Assembly: GCA_000934665.2 (NCBI GenBank)
Contig: KZ537965.1
Location: 62,001-126,000, forward strand
Direction: 5' to 3'
DNA: 64,000 bases
From: Catajapyx aquilonaris
Lineage: Eukaryota
The notes below the pieces were generated by a model. That model was given only the letters and a program-made list of their open reading frames with translations. It made no database searches and was not told the DNA's origin. Position numbers and translations under genes: made by a program. This document shows positions 38,601 through 51,500 of the stretch, in pieces. The first letter of the stretch is position 1. Each line of letters opens with the position of its first letter.

Positions 38601-41600
38601 ATTGTTCCCAGCTTGTAGTTTTTTTTGCGAAGGTTTGGTACACTAGGGTGGAACCTTGCACTCCTTGTGTGGGTTCCATTTGTGTTCGATGATTAACTGC
38701 CATGCATTTTACTTCACATAATTACATCGTGGTGGAGTTACATTGTGGCCAGCCATTTTCAACTGTGTTGCAAGCTGGATGTTAAACATCAGTTTTGGAG
38801 CTGCAGGTTGGCTGAAAATCGACTGTCTGCACTGCAGGGGTTTTCTTTTTCGCAAGGGCGCAACTTTGTAAAATCACGTCAAGCCACTCCTTAGCCATGT
38901 AAAAAAAAATAAAGAGTCTGCACGCGGAAGGATAATTACCCTCGGTGTAGCCCTTCCACCCTCAGTATATGACAGTGTAAGCTGTGGTCTAATCCGCCAT
39001 TAAGTGACGTTCTTGGAGTAAGGAATTAACGCCGGAGATTGGAGGTCTTAAAAGAGCCATTGCGACTAAGAAAGTTTTTTTTAAAAAAAGGACGAAGAAG
39101 CAGGAGAGCAAGATGTCATAAAAGTGTGCTTGGACTAAACGCTGCGTGGATATTAATGAGAGTGCATGTAGAGGATTACTACATAGCCTTGGGGGTAAAA
39201 TCTTGTCGTAAACCCTGGTGTTTCATTCAACAAGAAGTTAATTTCTGCTTAGAGGTTCCTCTGGTCATGGTTTTTTCATGCGTGAGGTGGACTCCCACAC
39301 GTTTAATCACCACAAGTCCTGCCTTTTTGGACTTGAATAAATAAATGAATATCACGAGGTGCTTTTAGGCGAGAGTTTGCAAACTTTCACGAGTCTTAGG
39401 CGTAAACAAGGAGGCATGTCGACTGGGATAATATTGAAAAACAAAATGGAACTTTAGTTCTCTCCCTTCATTTGGTTCTGCCTTTCATTCCATCACTTCC
39501 ATAGAACAGCTCGGGGAAAAAAAGTTCCGCCCGCAAAAATAATACGGAAATGTTACTTTTATATCTGCGGCTGCATCAGTAATCGAAGGCTTAATTTGCA
39601 TATAGATAGAACGCAATCTCATAATAGAGCGTGGCTGGCTGGCTTAGAAAGAGAAAAAAAAAATCTCGATATTATTCGCCCTTGGAGCTTTACCGAGGTT
39701 ATGGATTCCTTCACGGCTCCAAGAAACTGCCCTATACCATCAGAAGAGAAAGAAGAAGAAAAAAAAGCGCGGAAGAAACTTTCCGATTTACGCTTTCCTG
39801 GAAAATCGCCCATGCAAAGCAGATTGTCTATAAAGATAGTTTGATTTTTTTTGTGTGCACCATCACTCGATATATGCAGCTGTGCACTATTGATCCCATT
39901 GGTCACCTGTTTGGAACCAGAGTAGTTGAAGGCATAAGGCCGAATGTGTAAATTTTCATGCAATGAACCTGGCGGAATTAATGCAAGATTAATGCCAGGC
40001 GATGGTGTCCGCAGATTAAATGCAACGCACTATATCACGACGTCATCTGGCGCTTCGCCGTGCCGTAAATTTTCTTTTTCCGTATAAAAGTTATGCCCGT
40101 ATCAGATAATAAAATGCGTCCTATCTCTGCTGGAGACTGCTATGTGGCCATGCATCTTTCTACCACGCAGCTATATACATGGGAGGGTGGGCTACTATGT
40201 AAGGCAATAAAAATTTTGCATACTTTTTTTTTACCCCTGCACGTCGAGTTCATTATCCAAGGGATAGAAAGAAATTGAAGTATATTTGGTACGGCAAAAA
40301 ATATTTTTTTGCAACTAAGGGCTCTCACTCTCGGAGGATCAATATTTTTACCGAGGCAAACGATGTGTTTACAGAGAGGAAAGCTGCCGTTGGATGCATT
40401 ATTACGCAGTGTTTGCCCGGCACAACACGACGGAGGCAGAATAACACCCATTTATGTCGGTTTCGTATTCACCAAAGTCGCATTACTGTGAATTACGGTG
40501 CGTAATAATTTACAAACGTTATCTCCTTCAAGGATGACTCTAAAATTGCTAAATGTTTGTGTGAAAGTTTGCGAAATGTTATAGTTTCCGTGTACAACGT
40601 TGTTATATGATAACAGTAATATTGCAACTCCCGCATTGCGGAACTAACACCGACACTATTACACGTTCTGACACTCGTATTATACAAGGTAATAATTGCA
40701 TCACGACATTATCGATGAAGTTTGTCACTCTGCCATTTTCCAATTACTCATACCAGGCCCCTGGCTACACTTTCATTAATTTTTTAGATCATTTTTTATG
40801 TTTTCAAATTGGGTACAGGTAATGAGCATGTTTATATTTTTTTGCTAAAATATACTGCAAAAAAAATTAATGCTTTGTGTTCATACAACTAGTAGAATAT
40901 TATTAAAGGCGTCCAACTTGACACGTGCCGTTTAAATTTAATGCCAATTTTTGTGCTGGATGCGTTTAATGTAAGTATTCTGGGACGTTCGGCTAATATT
41001 TACAAACTATACTCTCCCCTCGTTCATTTGGACAACGAGGGCCACTCAATCACACGCTCTGGTTGTCATCTAAAAATCTCGTTCCCTCACCCTCCATATT
41101 TTTTTTGTGGATATCCAACCCTGCCTCAGATATATCCAGATTGTGCCATAATTTTAACATGGTCCTCTCACTCTGTCAACCCCCACGTATATACCCCTCC
41201 GGCACGTTTTAATATTTCAAGGGCGCAGGTAAAGAAAACTAATTTCTAGCAAGCTGCTAAGAAAAGAGGGGTGGGACTATAGCCTGTGATATTGAAGGAG
41301 ATTCCAGAAAAAAAGGTGGGGGAGAGTTATGGCTTAATTTGGTTTTTTGGGGGAGAAAACCAGGGATGGTTTTAGTACCGGATGAAGTACAGGGTGTTCC
41401 ACAAAGTAATGGCACAGACAGGTTTGAGGCTCATATTTCTTCTCCAATCCTTTTCTCCAAGCTGCAATTACAGACGTGCACGGAGGAGGAAGGAAATGCA
41501 ATCTGCTTCGACTACACAACGCAGCATCCCCTCTCTCTGATGCCGAATTACCCACGCGTAATGATGATCGATTTTCCGGAGCAAAACCCAACCCGGATGA

Positions 41601-42622
41601 AGTCGCACCCTGGGCCTAAGTTTGAGGCTGGTACTATAGGCAAAAAAAAAGTTGCGGTTTTTTTAAAAAGCGTGCTATTCTTGGATTTTTGGGGGCTCGT
41701 TTGATGAGGTGTGTCGGAAACACTGGCAACGTGAAAAGCGGTGCAAAGTCTGGGAACCCACGAAATTACTCTCTCACATATTTTATTCGATAAGTTTTCA
41801 ATCAGATTTCATTGAGAACTACCAAGTGCTAGGTTTTGTACATTTTTCGGGAGAAAATGGAAAGTTCAATCTGGAAGAGTGGCGGTAGGTAAAATTGGGA
41901 ATGACGTGGGACTAAAAATTTAATTTTAAATGAATCTCCATTGGTGCACGTTCCTTAACATTTCACCAACTTTGCGGTAATGTTCTCTCCTGATTATTAA
42001 TCTGTCGAATTAACGCTGAAGATTGGAAGCGGAATGAAGATTTTTTTTTTTTAAACGAGCACTGATTGCATTAGGCCTAATGACCAGGGCAGTATTGATC
42101 AGTGAGTGGAATGGGCTAGCTCTATATATTGAACTCATTCATTCGAGGAGCCATTATAGAGCAGGCACGTGACTGGCCATTGATGTCCGTGACAATTGAG
42201 CAGGCAAGTAACGAATGTTGGGTACGCTACAGTTGGCAAAAAGCATTCAAACTACCAAAGCGACGCTCATTTCCCGAGCACTGCAGACTGAGTTGCGTTA
42301 CGGAAGAAGAGAGATGTTGGGGAGTATGGGTTATTTAGTTGCATTCAAATGAGGAACTATTCACTACGTTTTGGCCCGTTTATTGGTTCCTGGTTATTAA
42401 TGTCTCAGGCGATGTGGATTGCAGCACTTGAAACGTTGCTTCCGCCCTAATTGCGATGTAATGCTGAGACTGTTTCGTCATTTGACAGTTTGGAGGCCAT
42501 GTGTTCAGAATAAGTACGAGTATTAAACGTATACCCAGCAAAGATAATTATATTGTATAAATTGTATTCCAAAAACAGCAATTTTGATGAAATATTACGT
42601 ATGATGTAATAATTCCCTTAAT

Positions 42623-42815
42623 AGGCTTATTCTCTCCGTCGGATGTTTGTCAGACCTGATAGTTACGCTTTTTCCCGCACAGCCTGAAGGTGGCAGGAGT
42701 GTGCAGAGAAAGTACGCGCCATCTATACGCGAAGAATAGTACTACGTGGTAAATCGGCGGGCCATTTGTCACTGGCATATATGTTTTCTGCCCTATTTTG
42801 GCAACAGGCTCACTA
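42623..42815 (+). repeat. Dispersed repeat, copy 1 (probable non-autonomous transposon family)
   Basis: Colinear with 52773-52951; shared blocks AGGCTTATTCTCTCCGTC (18/18), ACCTGATAGT, GGCAGGAGTGTG, GCGCCATCTAT, TACTACGTGGTAAATCGGCGGGC (23/23), TTGGCAAC.GG.TCACTA. Confidence 0.85.
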
Positions 42816-45800
42816 TACGATAAGTTAATATGAAATATTTTATTACAATTTTTCTAACAAAATTCATGATATGCACCGCGTGCATTATTATTATTATCAG
42901 AACTCTCCAAAACTTTTAATGACACTTGCTCCCCCATCCGGGAAAACTTGTGTAACGCAGAAGTTGAGAACCATTTGGAAAACACTATTAATGGTCGCAA
43001 TACATTTTCTCTCCCTCGCCCACAATGCTGTACATTAGCCTGGTTCCCAAGAACACGTTCTAAAATTAGCCCCCGTTGCAAGTTTTGGAAAGGGGGGGGG
43101 ATGGGTTTGTCTCAGGCAGGTTGGGGGGAGGTTAGATTATAAAGTGCCGTGCTCGATCGCACCCTGGGATAGATAATGCGGCGAAAGGGTTGCAACCGGT
43201 AGTAGGTGGCATTGTTTGCGCACGCACAGGTGAGAACGTATGTTTGAAGCCCCAAAGTATCGTGCGAGAGTCTCATTTCGAATTGTGGGTGTTACCTACC
43301 AAGTTGTATAGAGAAGAGAGAGAGTGGGAGGTGTTATCCACAGGAGTAGAGAGGAGATCCTCGGGTGGCTCCCAGAGATATTGCGGTCCTCCAGTGGTCA
43401 TCTATCACTTCGACCCTTTTTGCTCGGCCAGTGACTTCCTGTTGTAATCTGGCCGCCGCACATGTTGCTATATATATGTGTGTGATGGTTGGAGGGGGGT
43501 TAAATCGGCTCTGGTATTGATCTACCACAATACATCCTACATGATGTTTAGGCCATTTTTTAAAATAAAAAGGTGGGCACACCCTACTAGAGAATGGGCG
43601 TAATGTTTACAATATGGCGATAATTCGGTGAGCTATTTGGCTTTTCATAAAATAATGATGGCTAATGAGTACTACAGCTTTGAGCTATTTATAATGTAGG
43701 GTTCGCTCCGTTGAATCGCGATTACTATTTAATGCTGCTCTCTGAAAGTTTCCGGATTATGGTAAGACCCTCCTCCCTGGTTTCCGGTTTTGGGCATCTC
43801 TGGAGGAATAAAGGTCGCATGTAAAACACTGGAAGCTGGGGCGACGAGTATTAGGTTCTTTGGTGCCTAGAATCAACATGGATCTTTCCCCTCCCAGCAG
43901 CAAGCAGCCAGTACTTGCCAGGCTGTTTACTCTTGCCCGAGGACAATGCTTGTAACTTCCTTCCCTTTGCTCTCCTGGAGGACTACTAGAAGCAAATTTG
44001 CAGGAATCCCGAGGGATTTTCGCGCCAACCCAAGGCCCGGTCACTGTCAACAAGACGCCTGGAACACTTCCATGCAGGCCCAATAATAGTCGAGAGGAAA
44101 ATGACGTCAGGACAGCTTCATGCTGTCATCTTACATGCCAACTATTCAGATGGGTAATCTGGCGACAATATGCACTGAGAGATAGTTGAAGTTACACAGT
44201 GTTCGATAATCCACTTGATTTTTTTTTTTTGGAAGTGAGCTGTATGCTCGTGCAGTTTGTCCCAGTGACCTTTATGCACAGTGAAGGCTCGGGTTTTAAA
44301 ATTTTGATTACTCTCCCTTCGTGCATTATTAAATGCATCCGCGTTTTCAGCTTAGAATGCATCAAATGCTAATGATGAGTCTGGAAAATTGTGAATACCT
44401 AAGGTCAGTGATTTTTATTATTATTTGAAAGCTTCTCATCAAACGGCTGGTTCGTCCCAATGTGACATGGACTTGATTATTAATGAAAAGCGACTGAAAT
44501 CGGTAAAAAAAACGTACAGTAGTTATATTCCGCTGCCTTCATATCGCAGGCAATAATGTGGCGCCCTCATTCACTCATTCAGCCACCCGATAATAATCAA
44601 GGGACTTATTCAAACTTTTATGAACTGTAAATCACGTAGGCCTCCCCATACGGCGAATTGGGGCTAATGGTTCCCATGGCTTTGCCAACAGTCATGGACA
44701 GAAAGTGCGATGCTCCAGATATGGAAGTACAGCAGCAGTAGCAGCCAGATAAGGCACTTACTGAGGCCCACTCCTAAATCAACATTGTTGCCATTTATAA
44801 CAGGGTTGGTTGGAGGGGGGGGGGGATATTGTACAGAAGAAGATGCAAAGCATAGATAGATGCGACAATGAATCAAGGAAAGGTCGTCTGGCCGCCAGCA
44901 CTCTTACAGCACAACTGTGGCGAGCATAATAATTCCAGGGGACAGTCCGAAGATCGATGTGATTTAGTACCGCATTTCTCCACATGCGCACTGACATAGC
45001 CCGCAGCACAAACCAGAGTTAGTCCTGAAGACGAAGCGAGGAAATCCTGTGAGCTGGCACGGAGAAACTTTTGCGGTTCCATGAACATGCGTAAGGGTCT
45101 TTGCCAAGTGGATTCTGCGGGCACATCATTAAGGAAGAATGCTACGGGTTGAAAGGGGGATGATGCCTCGGCGAAAGGTTCTCCTAATTTTCCCAGAAGC
45201 CGGTTCTAATACCTCGGCTAAGGAAACTTACAATCCAGTTTCCATGACTGTGTAATGAAGATTGGGAGGTTTTGGAAGAGGAGGGGGAAAAGGTAGTGAG
45301 CGCATCCGTTTTCTTCATTACAAAAAGCTCATTACTCCGTCAAGCCTTAAGGAGACACTGACGCATTTTGATTCTATCCGCGGCTGCTTTGCATGCGGAC
45401 TCTTGTCCTCTTGCGATTCATCTTCTGGCTGGGAAACACACACCCCAACCTCTCTGAGATGGATGGCAACCGGCGGATATCACTACCCATTAATATCTAT
45501 CCGCCGGATTCATCTCGGACCCCGATCCGCCCGCGTTTATTGGCCCAAATCGGGATTAACTCACTGTTGCGGCTTCACCTTGTCTTCATAACTGCCAGGC
45601 TCGAGGCCGGATAAATGGCCAAGTCGGCGTGCAAATCTACTTAGCATGGACAACCCGTGGTATCGCGCATATCCCTTGCACTTTCACTCAAAGGTGGTGG
45701 TAGTGGCTCTTGGTTAATTGAAACTGGTGGTGAACTGTACACAATAATTTAGGGGCGACGGAAATGTGCAGGCAGTATTGACCTGGTCACTAGTACCGGA

Positions 45801-46018
45801 AAAAAATCGAGCTGGTAATCGCAGAATCGTAACTCATGCTGCAACTCTTTTTTTTGCAGCGATAATGTTCAGGAAAAGCTTGTGTATTTTGTAAATGCCG
45901 CTAGTATTAGTCTACATGAATTCATTCTTTTCTGTCAGAGCGGAAGATAAATCCTGCAAATCTGGACCCCCCTCTACCACACTGCAACAAAAATGGTGGA
46001 GAAAAAAAACACTTTTTT

Positions 46019-46042
46019 TCTCTCTCTCTCTCTCTCTCTCTC
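46019..46042. repeat. (TC)12 microsatellite
   Basis: Read directly from the sequence. Confidence 0.9.
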
Positions 46043-46729
46043 CAGCAGCTATATCTGAAGCGTTCATATCAGGCATTTGTCAGGTGTCACATTTTATCGT
46101 AAGCTGCAGTATTTGGAGGAAACGGATTACTCTCCGTTGTGTGATGTAGAATCCGGACCTATTTTTTCCACCATTCGTTGAACGATTATTATTAGTCATA
46201 CTCCAGCATTTTTTGCCGCATCAATATGATATGATCAATTGATATGAATCTTCTACACCATAAGGTCATGTCCTCCCACAATTAGACTGGAACAATAACA
46301 TTGGACAATTGCTTCATATTTGCCTTCTCTTATATATCCTGTTCATAACTTTGCGTGGGTGTACTGATAAGAGTAATCGTCATGATCAGTACCCCACACA
46401 TGGCGGCCTCATTTCAGATGTACTAAGGACAGCAGGTGGCAACACAGGTCTGAAAACGGGGGTTGACTTGACAGCATGTCCGGACTTTATGCTCGTCGCT
46501 GCTTCCCGTATCAAGATGGAGCCTGCGCGATTTACTACTCTTTTATCGCTTACCATCATGCATTCGGGGGTTTCCGGGGGACAGACCTTGCATTGTAAAA
46601 ATGCATCCGGTTTTTTTTGTGTCACCTATCCGACTAAAAGCTGTTGACCATAGTCGGAGAGTGCAAAGTTTCGTACTTTGTGTGGGTCGAATTACCTCAA
46701 GAGAGATCTCTTTTTTTCTTCCTTTCCAG

Positions 46730-46853
46730 ATGTGGCTGCACCTCCTGGACGTCCCCTGATCATGGGGTTCACGTCCCGATCCGTGAACCTGTCATGGGCA
46801 CCGCCTCTGGACACCCACAACAGCCCCATCCTCCATTACATCATCCACATCCG
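46730..46853 (+). CDS. Ptp99A: Internal coding exon (124 bp, phase 1 to phase 2) encoding the N-terminal half of a fibronectin type III domain, most likely receptor-type tyrosine phosphatase Ptp99A-like
   Basis: Strong acceptor (tctctttttttcttcctttccAG, AG at 46728-46729) and consensus donor GTGAGT at 46854. The stop-free frame gives (D)VAAPPGRPLIMGFTSRSVNLSWAPPLDTHNSPILHYIIHI(R), with FN3 hallmarks PP..P, SVNLSW.PP and SPI..Y. The exon/FN3 call is strong. The Ptp99A identity is recalled from the GFTSRSVNLSW...HYIIH motif, not from a search (about 0.65); Dscam, Sidekick or Lar-type FN3 proteins are alternatives. Confidence 0.85.
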
Positions 46854-48526
46854 GTGAGTAGTAGCTTGGCGTTTAATTGCCACCAGTGAATAATGGGCGG
46901 GGCAGGGCACGGGAATCCATCATGGAGCCAGAGAGATGCATGGAAACACACCCGCATATCTACAGGGTGGTTCACCATCCAATGTTTAAAACAAAATTGT
47001 CGAGAACATTAATTTTTTTATCAGTGACAGATGGAAAAAAATTATAAACAGAGGACATCCTACAGTATCTGATCACGCACAGTCAAATTAAAAATTGTAA
47101 TAACTGACAGGCATGACCTTGCTCAGTTGCTGGAAAAGTACTCACCCTGTTATACCAGCGGTATGTATATTCCGGGTGTGTCGTTGCGGCCTACATTACA
47201 ATTTTGGCCGCGGCTGCCAACTCGCACGTGTCCAGATCCCAATAGGGCCGTTTTGGGACGACCCCCCTCTGATTTTTTTTCCAAAAAAACCTCCAAGCCC
47301 TAGATAACAACGTTAACTATGACCGTTCCGTCCTGTCCGAATCCTGTCAAGTAAGATAGTAATGCGGGCAAGTGCGCCTATAAATCGTCGTCTGGCCGAA
47401 CAAATGGAGCCCCGATAATGAATTGAGATCCAACCGCAAAAAAAATGCACATTGTCAACTTACCTTTTTTTTGTGGACAGTCAGCAAAGATGTGTCCTCT
47501 TCTTCTTTTTTCTCTCTCTCGAAGAGTCTGCGGTGGGGAGATATTGATTCCTGTTCCCTTAATCCAATAAGATGCAGTTCTCTCAATGGGCCACCAAACT
47601 CGAGCAATAGGAGGGACGCTGGGGAGTAGTGTAAGGGGGGGAAAGAAGAAAGAAACCCGGAGGAGGGGGGTATAATTATTAGGGAATTTGCTGAAGCAGG
47701 TGGAATGGAAGAAGCAAATTGAATGATTCCAAGTGAAATTCATGGGAATGAAAACTAGGTTGCTGTTCAGCGAAACGTTGGAGCCATTAGAGAGAGCAAA
47801 ACTAACTGCTATTAGTAGCTAAAGGATTATACGCGGTCCAACATTGTCACTCACTCCTGTACCTATGCGGTAATTCTGGACATATAATGAAACACCCTGG
47901 CGCGTAATGCGTGGAAAGTGCATTTGGTGGGTATTGGACACGAGCAAGAAATTAACGTTTCATATCACGGTGTCAAATTAGGGGGGTATTACACACTGTC
48001 GAGTGCCGTGACATTTCCACCCCCATCCCACTACATTTATAAACACAATCCTGGTGTTTTTAGTGGATATACACACCCTATAGTATGTTACAAGTAGTGA
48101 ATGGAAGTTTTTTCCCCAACAAAAACTTGATAAGGCTAGTCCTACTATTGATTTTCGTGACTTCATTCACACCACTGGGTGTAGATAAGGCTGCCGAATA
48201 ATAATGTGATGGAATGGAATAGGCTAACAGACGCCGGTTGTGTCATTAACCGAAAGGTAGACTAGAAGCAATTGGCGCTAACGACCTCCTATAGTCTCCC
48301 CGTCGCGCTTTGAATGTAAAGAGCGGTCGAACGAACAAAAAAAAATCGCAACGTTATTTAGACTTTCACAACAGGTTGCGTTGCAGGCGCGTGAATTTTA
48401 TTATTCATGCATGCTACAGTCTGTTAGCAAAATTTTTAGAGGAAGGAAAATGTGCGCCAGGCTCGCAAATATCTATTTTAAAAAATTTTGGTTTGTAAAC
48501 ATCGCATCATTTCTTTCCATACAAGC

Positions 48527-48590
48527 GTAATGACGTTTCATGCACGTGTAATGACGTTTTCTTCCACATGTAATGACATTTCCTTCCATG
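48527..48590. repeat. Degenerate tandem repeat, 3 units of about 21-22 bp
   Basis: GTAATGACRTTT at 48527, 48548 and 48570. Confidence 0.75.
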
Positions 48591-51500
48591 CAGCTTTTTA
48601 CGCTGCATGGAACATTCATAAAGGCTCTGAAAAAATTAGACATTCATAACGAACCTAAATTGCCCGAGCCTTATTTTTCGCAGAGTTTGGAGAAAAAAAA
48701 TTGGGAGGGGCTGGACAAGTATAAGGGAGTGATGTGGTGGGAGGGGGACAAATAGAATATTAATTTTTGGACGGAGGATCAGAAGCGTGAAATTAAGTTT
48801 TGGGGAAATTGGGGTGGGCTATGGCTGAATGGCAGGCAGTTTTCGGCCCCATATACCGCGGTTGGTGTCGCCTCCACTGATAGAGCATCGTTCTTTTCTT
48901 CCTTTTTTTTTCGTCGTACTCGTCTTCTTCCCGTTTTCTTCTCAGCTCAACAATTTTATTCCTGCAAGGCCCGGCTGAATAATAATGGCTCTTCCGTGAT
49001 GGATTCTGGTTATTCCCATTCCTTTCCCCGTGATTTGTGATGTGAAAAGGATCCGCGAGGACCACCTCGGAAGCCTTAAATATTCCTCGGAGAGTTTATT
49101 CAAGGGGAATTCCGGAATCAGCGGAGATCTTCCCCCCAACGGCCCTTCGTGCCCTACAATCCAAATCAATAGCCTACTGCTTTCGGACCTATCCCTGGAC
49201 ACTTGGACACACGCACAAATTTTTGGCACAGACCAAGAATCTGCAGTATCCAGTGTTTGAATAAATAATTAGCCACTTTTTGGCAACAAAAATGCCTAGC
49301 TTCTTGAGGATGTGAGATGGTGCGAGAAATACCAACACAGACTGCGCTGTAAGCACCACGACTTTGCCCCTCCCTAACTTTTAGGTACCCTTTGACACTT
49401 CCTGGAGTTTGAGGCGCTCCGGTATATAGCGGAAGCTTCTGCGGTTTGAACGGCTGCTGGAGAGAGACCAGAAGGAACTAGGGTTTGCTTGCAAGCTTCG
49501 TACACCCCCAGCAAAACCCAACCTCTGGCTGAAGATATACTTTGACACTTTGCCCTCCGCACCTGCACTGAATTTGAGGAATCTTTTTGGGAGAAAAAAA
49601 AAATATATATCGGATAGTTCTAGCCCCTCATCCATGTTGCATTAGAAAGTCGAAACTTTGTCCGTCACGCCATGAGGTGCATAAATCAAGGGCGCGCGTT
49701 CTGTTGAAATTTCGCACTGCTGAACTTGCGCTCTAAGACGTATGCCCTAAGGATAATTTACAATGTGGTGAGCATTAGATCCAGGTGCGTCTTTGATTTA
49801 GAACTTGGCCATGTTGGACTCAAAACCGCTTGTAACTATACCGCTCTGAATATTTTTTTTCAAACGAACATATAACTTTTCGTAATCAATTCTGAGAGCA
49901 CCTTTTTGTTCCCGATTTCTGAACCACCCGTCAACGGTCTTGGGTTGAAACAACTCATATTAGTTTGAAAGGGGTCGCCCCCTGTGCCTTCCATATTTCA
50001 TTTGCAATTTTTCGTGTCCTGGACGCATGCACGCACGCATGTCAAAAGCCGGCGGTTAGAAAACTACACGTTCGGAAGCAATTATTCCGGTGACGGAGTG
50101 GTCCGCAAATGAGAGACGCCACCATTTATTTAGTGAGAGAGCAGACAAGGCAGCTGGAGCGACTGGATTCATCACTCATCTTTATATCTTGCCAGGCCAT
50201 GCGATAGACTCAAGTTGGGACATCTCTTGGACTATGACTATGCTTCTAATTTGTCACGCCTGCCTGGGAAAAAAATTTGCCCGGTTTAGAAAATGGGACA
50301 CATATTTCTACAGGATTTTTTTTTTCCTTTTTCTCGCATAGATCGTACTAGAGTTTATGGTTCCCTTGCGTCTGCCACGTATCCTAACCTCAGCTCCGGG
50401 TGTTTTTTTTCGACGTAACGCACCTGATTTGTGGGTCTCATTTTGGTCGTAGGAGGAAGCGCCCCAGTCCGCACCGTTGTTTATCTTCTAGCACTTCATG
50501 TCTTAATTCCACCTGCCGTGCGCTTGCCATCAGCACATGCGATCAGTTATGACAGCGTGTTTCTAGGGCCCACTAGATTTATAAGCCGCCTCCCTGGCCT
50601 GCTGTGCATGCATAAATTTCCCTGGAAAATCTTTTTTTTTCAGCGGCTGGGACTTGTCGAAATGCTTTTTTTCTCTCTCTTGAAGCGTTAATGTACTGAG
50701 CGTGATTTTCATTTCGGAGGTCCAGGATCTTCCCCGGATTTTTATGTACTGTCCGTTTTGGGCCCCGCCAGGCACGGCACGTCGTGCACCAGATGATTTT
50801 AGTGCGACTTATTGTGAATTCTTTGGCTGTTAATATTTTCTTCTGGCACGTTCATCAGGTGCTATAAACTTGTTCAATTGAAAGCTAGAGTACCCTCCAT
50901 GTGCTTTTGATAGCAGCATAGAAAATGCCATTTGAGAGTGGATCAAGAAGGCGCCGTTTTAAAAGCGGAGTATCCGTGTAATTCAGTCCCGGAGAATCCG
51001 GGGCAGGAAAGTTGAGCGATTCTGAGGGGGGTAGTAGATGGGAGTTTTTTAAACAGTAGTTGAGAAAAGAGAAGGAGGGAAGAAGTCTATCCTAAGAATC
51101 CATTGCCTCTTGCCTCTTGCTCGGTCTGCTCAGTCTCCGTTCCAATTTGTCAACTCGGCGAAAATTGCATCGTCTGTTGGAGTGCCAGCGGACTCCGAGC
51201 AAAAGGGCTTTGCAGGCTTCAGCAGAATTTCCAAGCCGCAGGAAAACTTCTGTATAATTCAAAACTGAGGGTCCATGAACTTGTTTAGACCACGGATGTA
51301 TCTCTGGCAGGAAAAGAGAAGGGGGAAGTTGGTCACCCTCGCATCCTTTCAAGCTTTTGAGATGTCGACCTGACTACAAAACAATCGGAAATATGAGAGG
51401 CGTGAAGGGCCTGCTTATATACCGCTCTAAAGAAGACAGAAGATGTTTTTTTTTTTTATCCCACTGATTTCTTAAGGGAGGAAAGAATATCCGAGAGGTT

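Larger units (their letters stand above)
1..46729 (+). other. Long intron upstream of the FN3 exon (5' end outside window)
   Basis: No other recognisable coding exon found; ends at the acceptor of the 46730 exon; contains two sense-strand ratchet-like sites. Small or non-coding exons could have been missed. Confidence 0.6.

Noticed and set aside
41388..41420. TACAGGGTG mariner-like termini (also near 5270 and 46961; CACCCTGT near 23737 and 58998)
   Set aside because: Short isolated motifs with no matching partner TIR nearby, so no element can be delimited.
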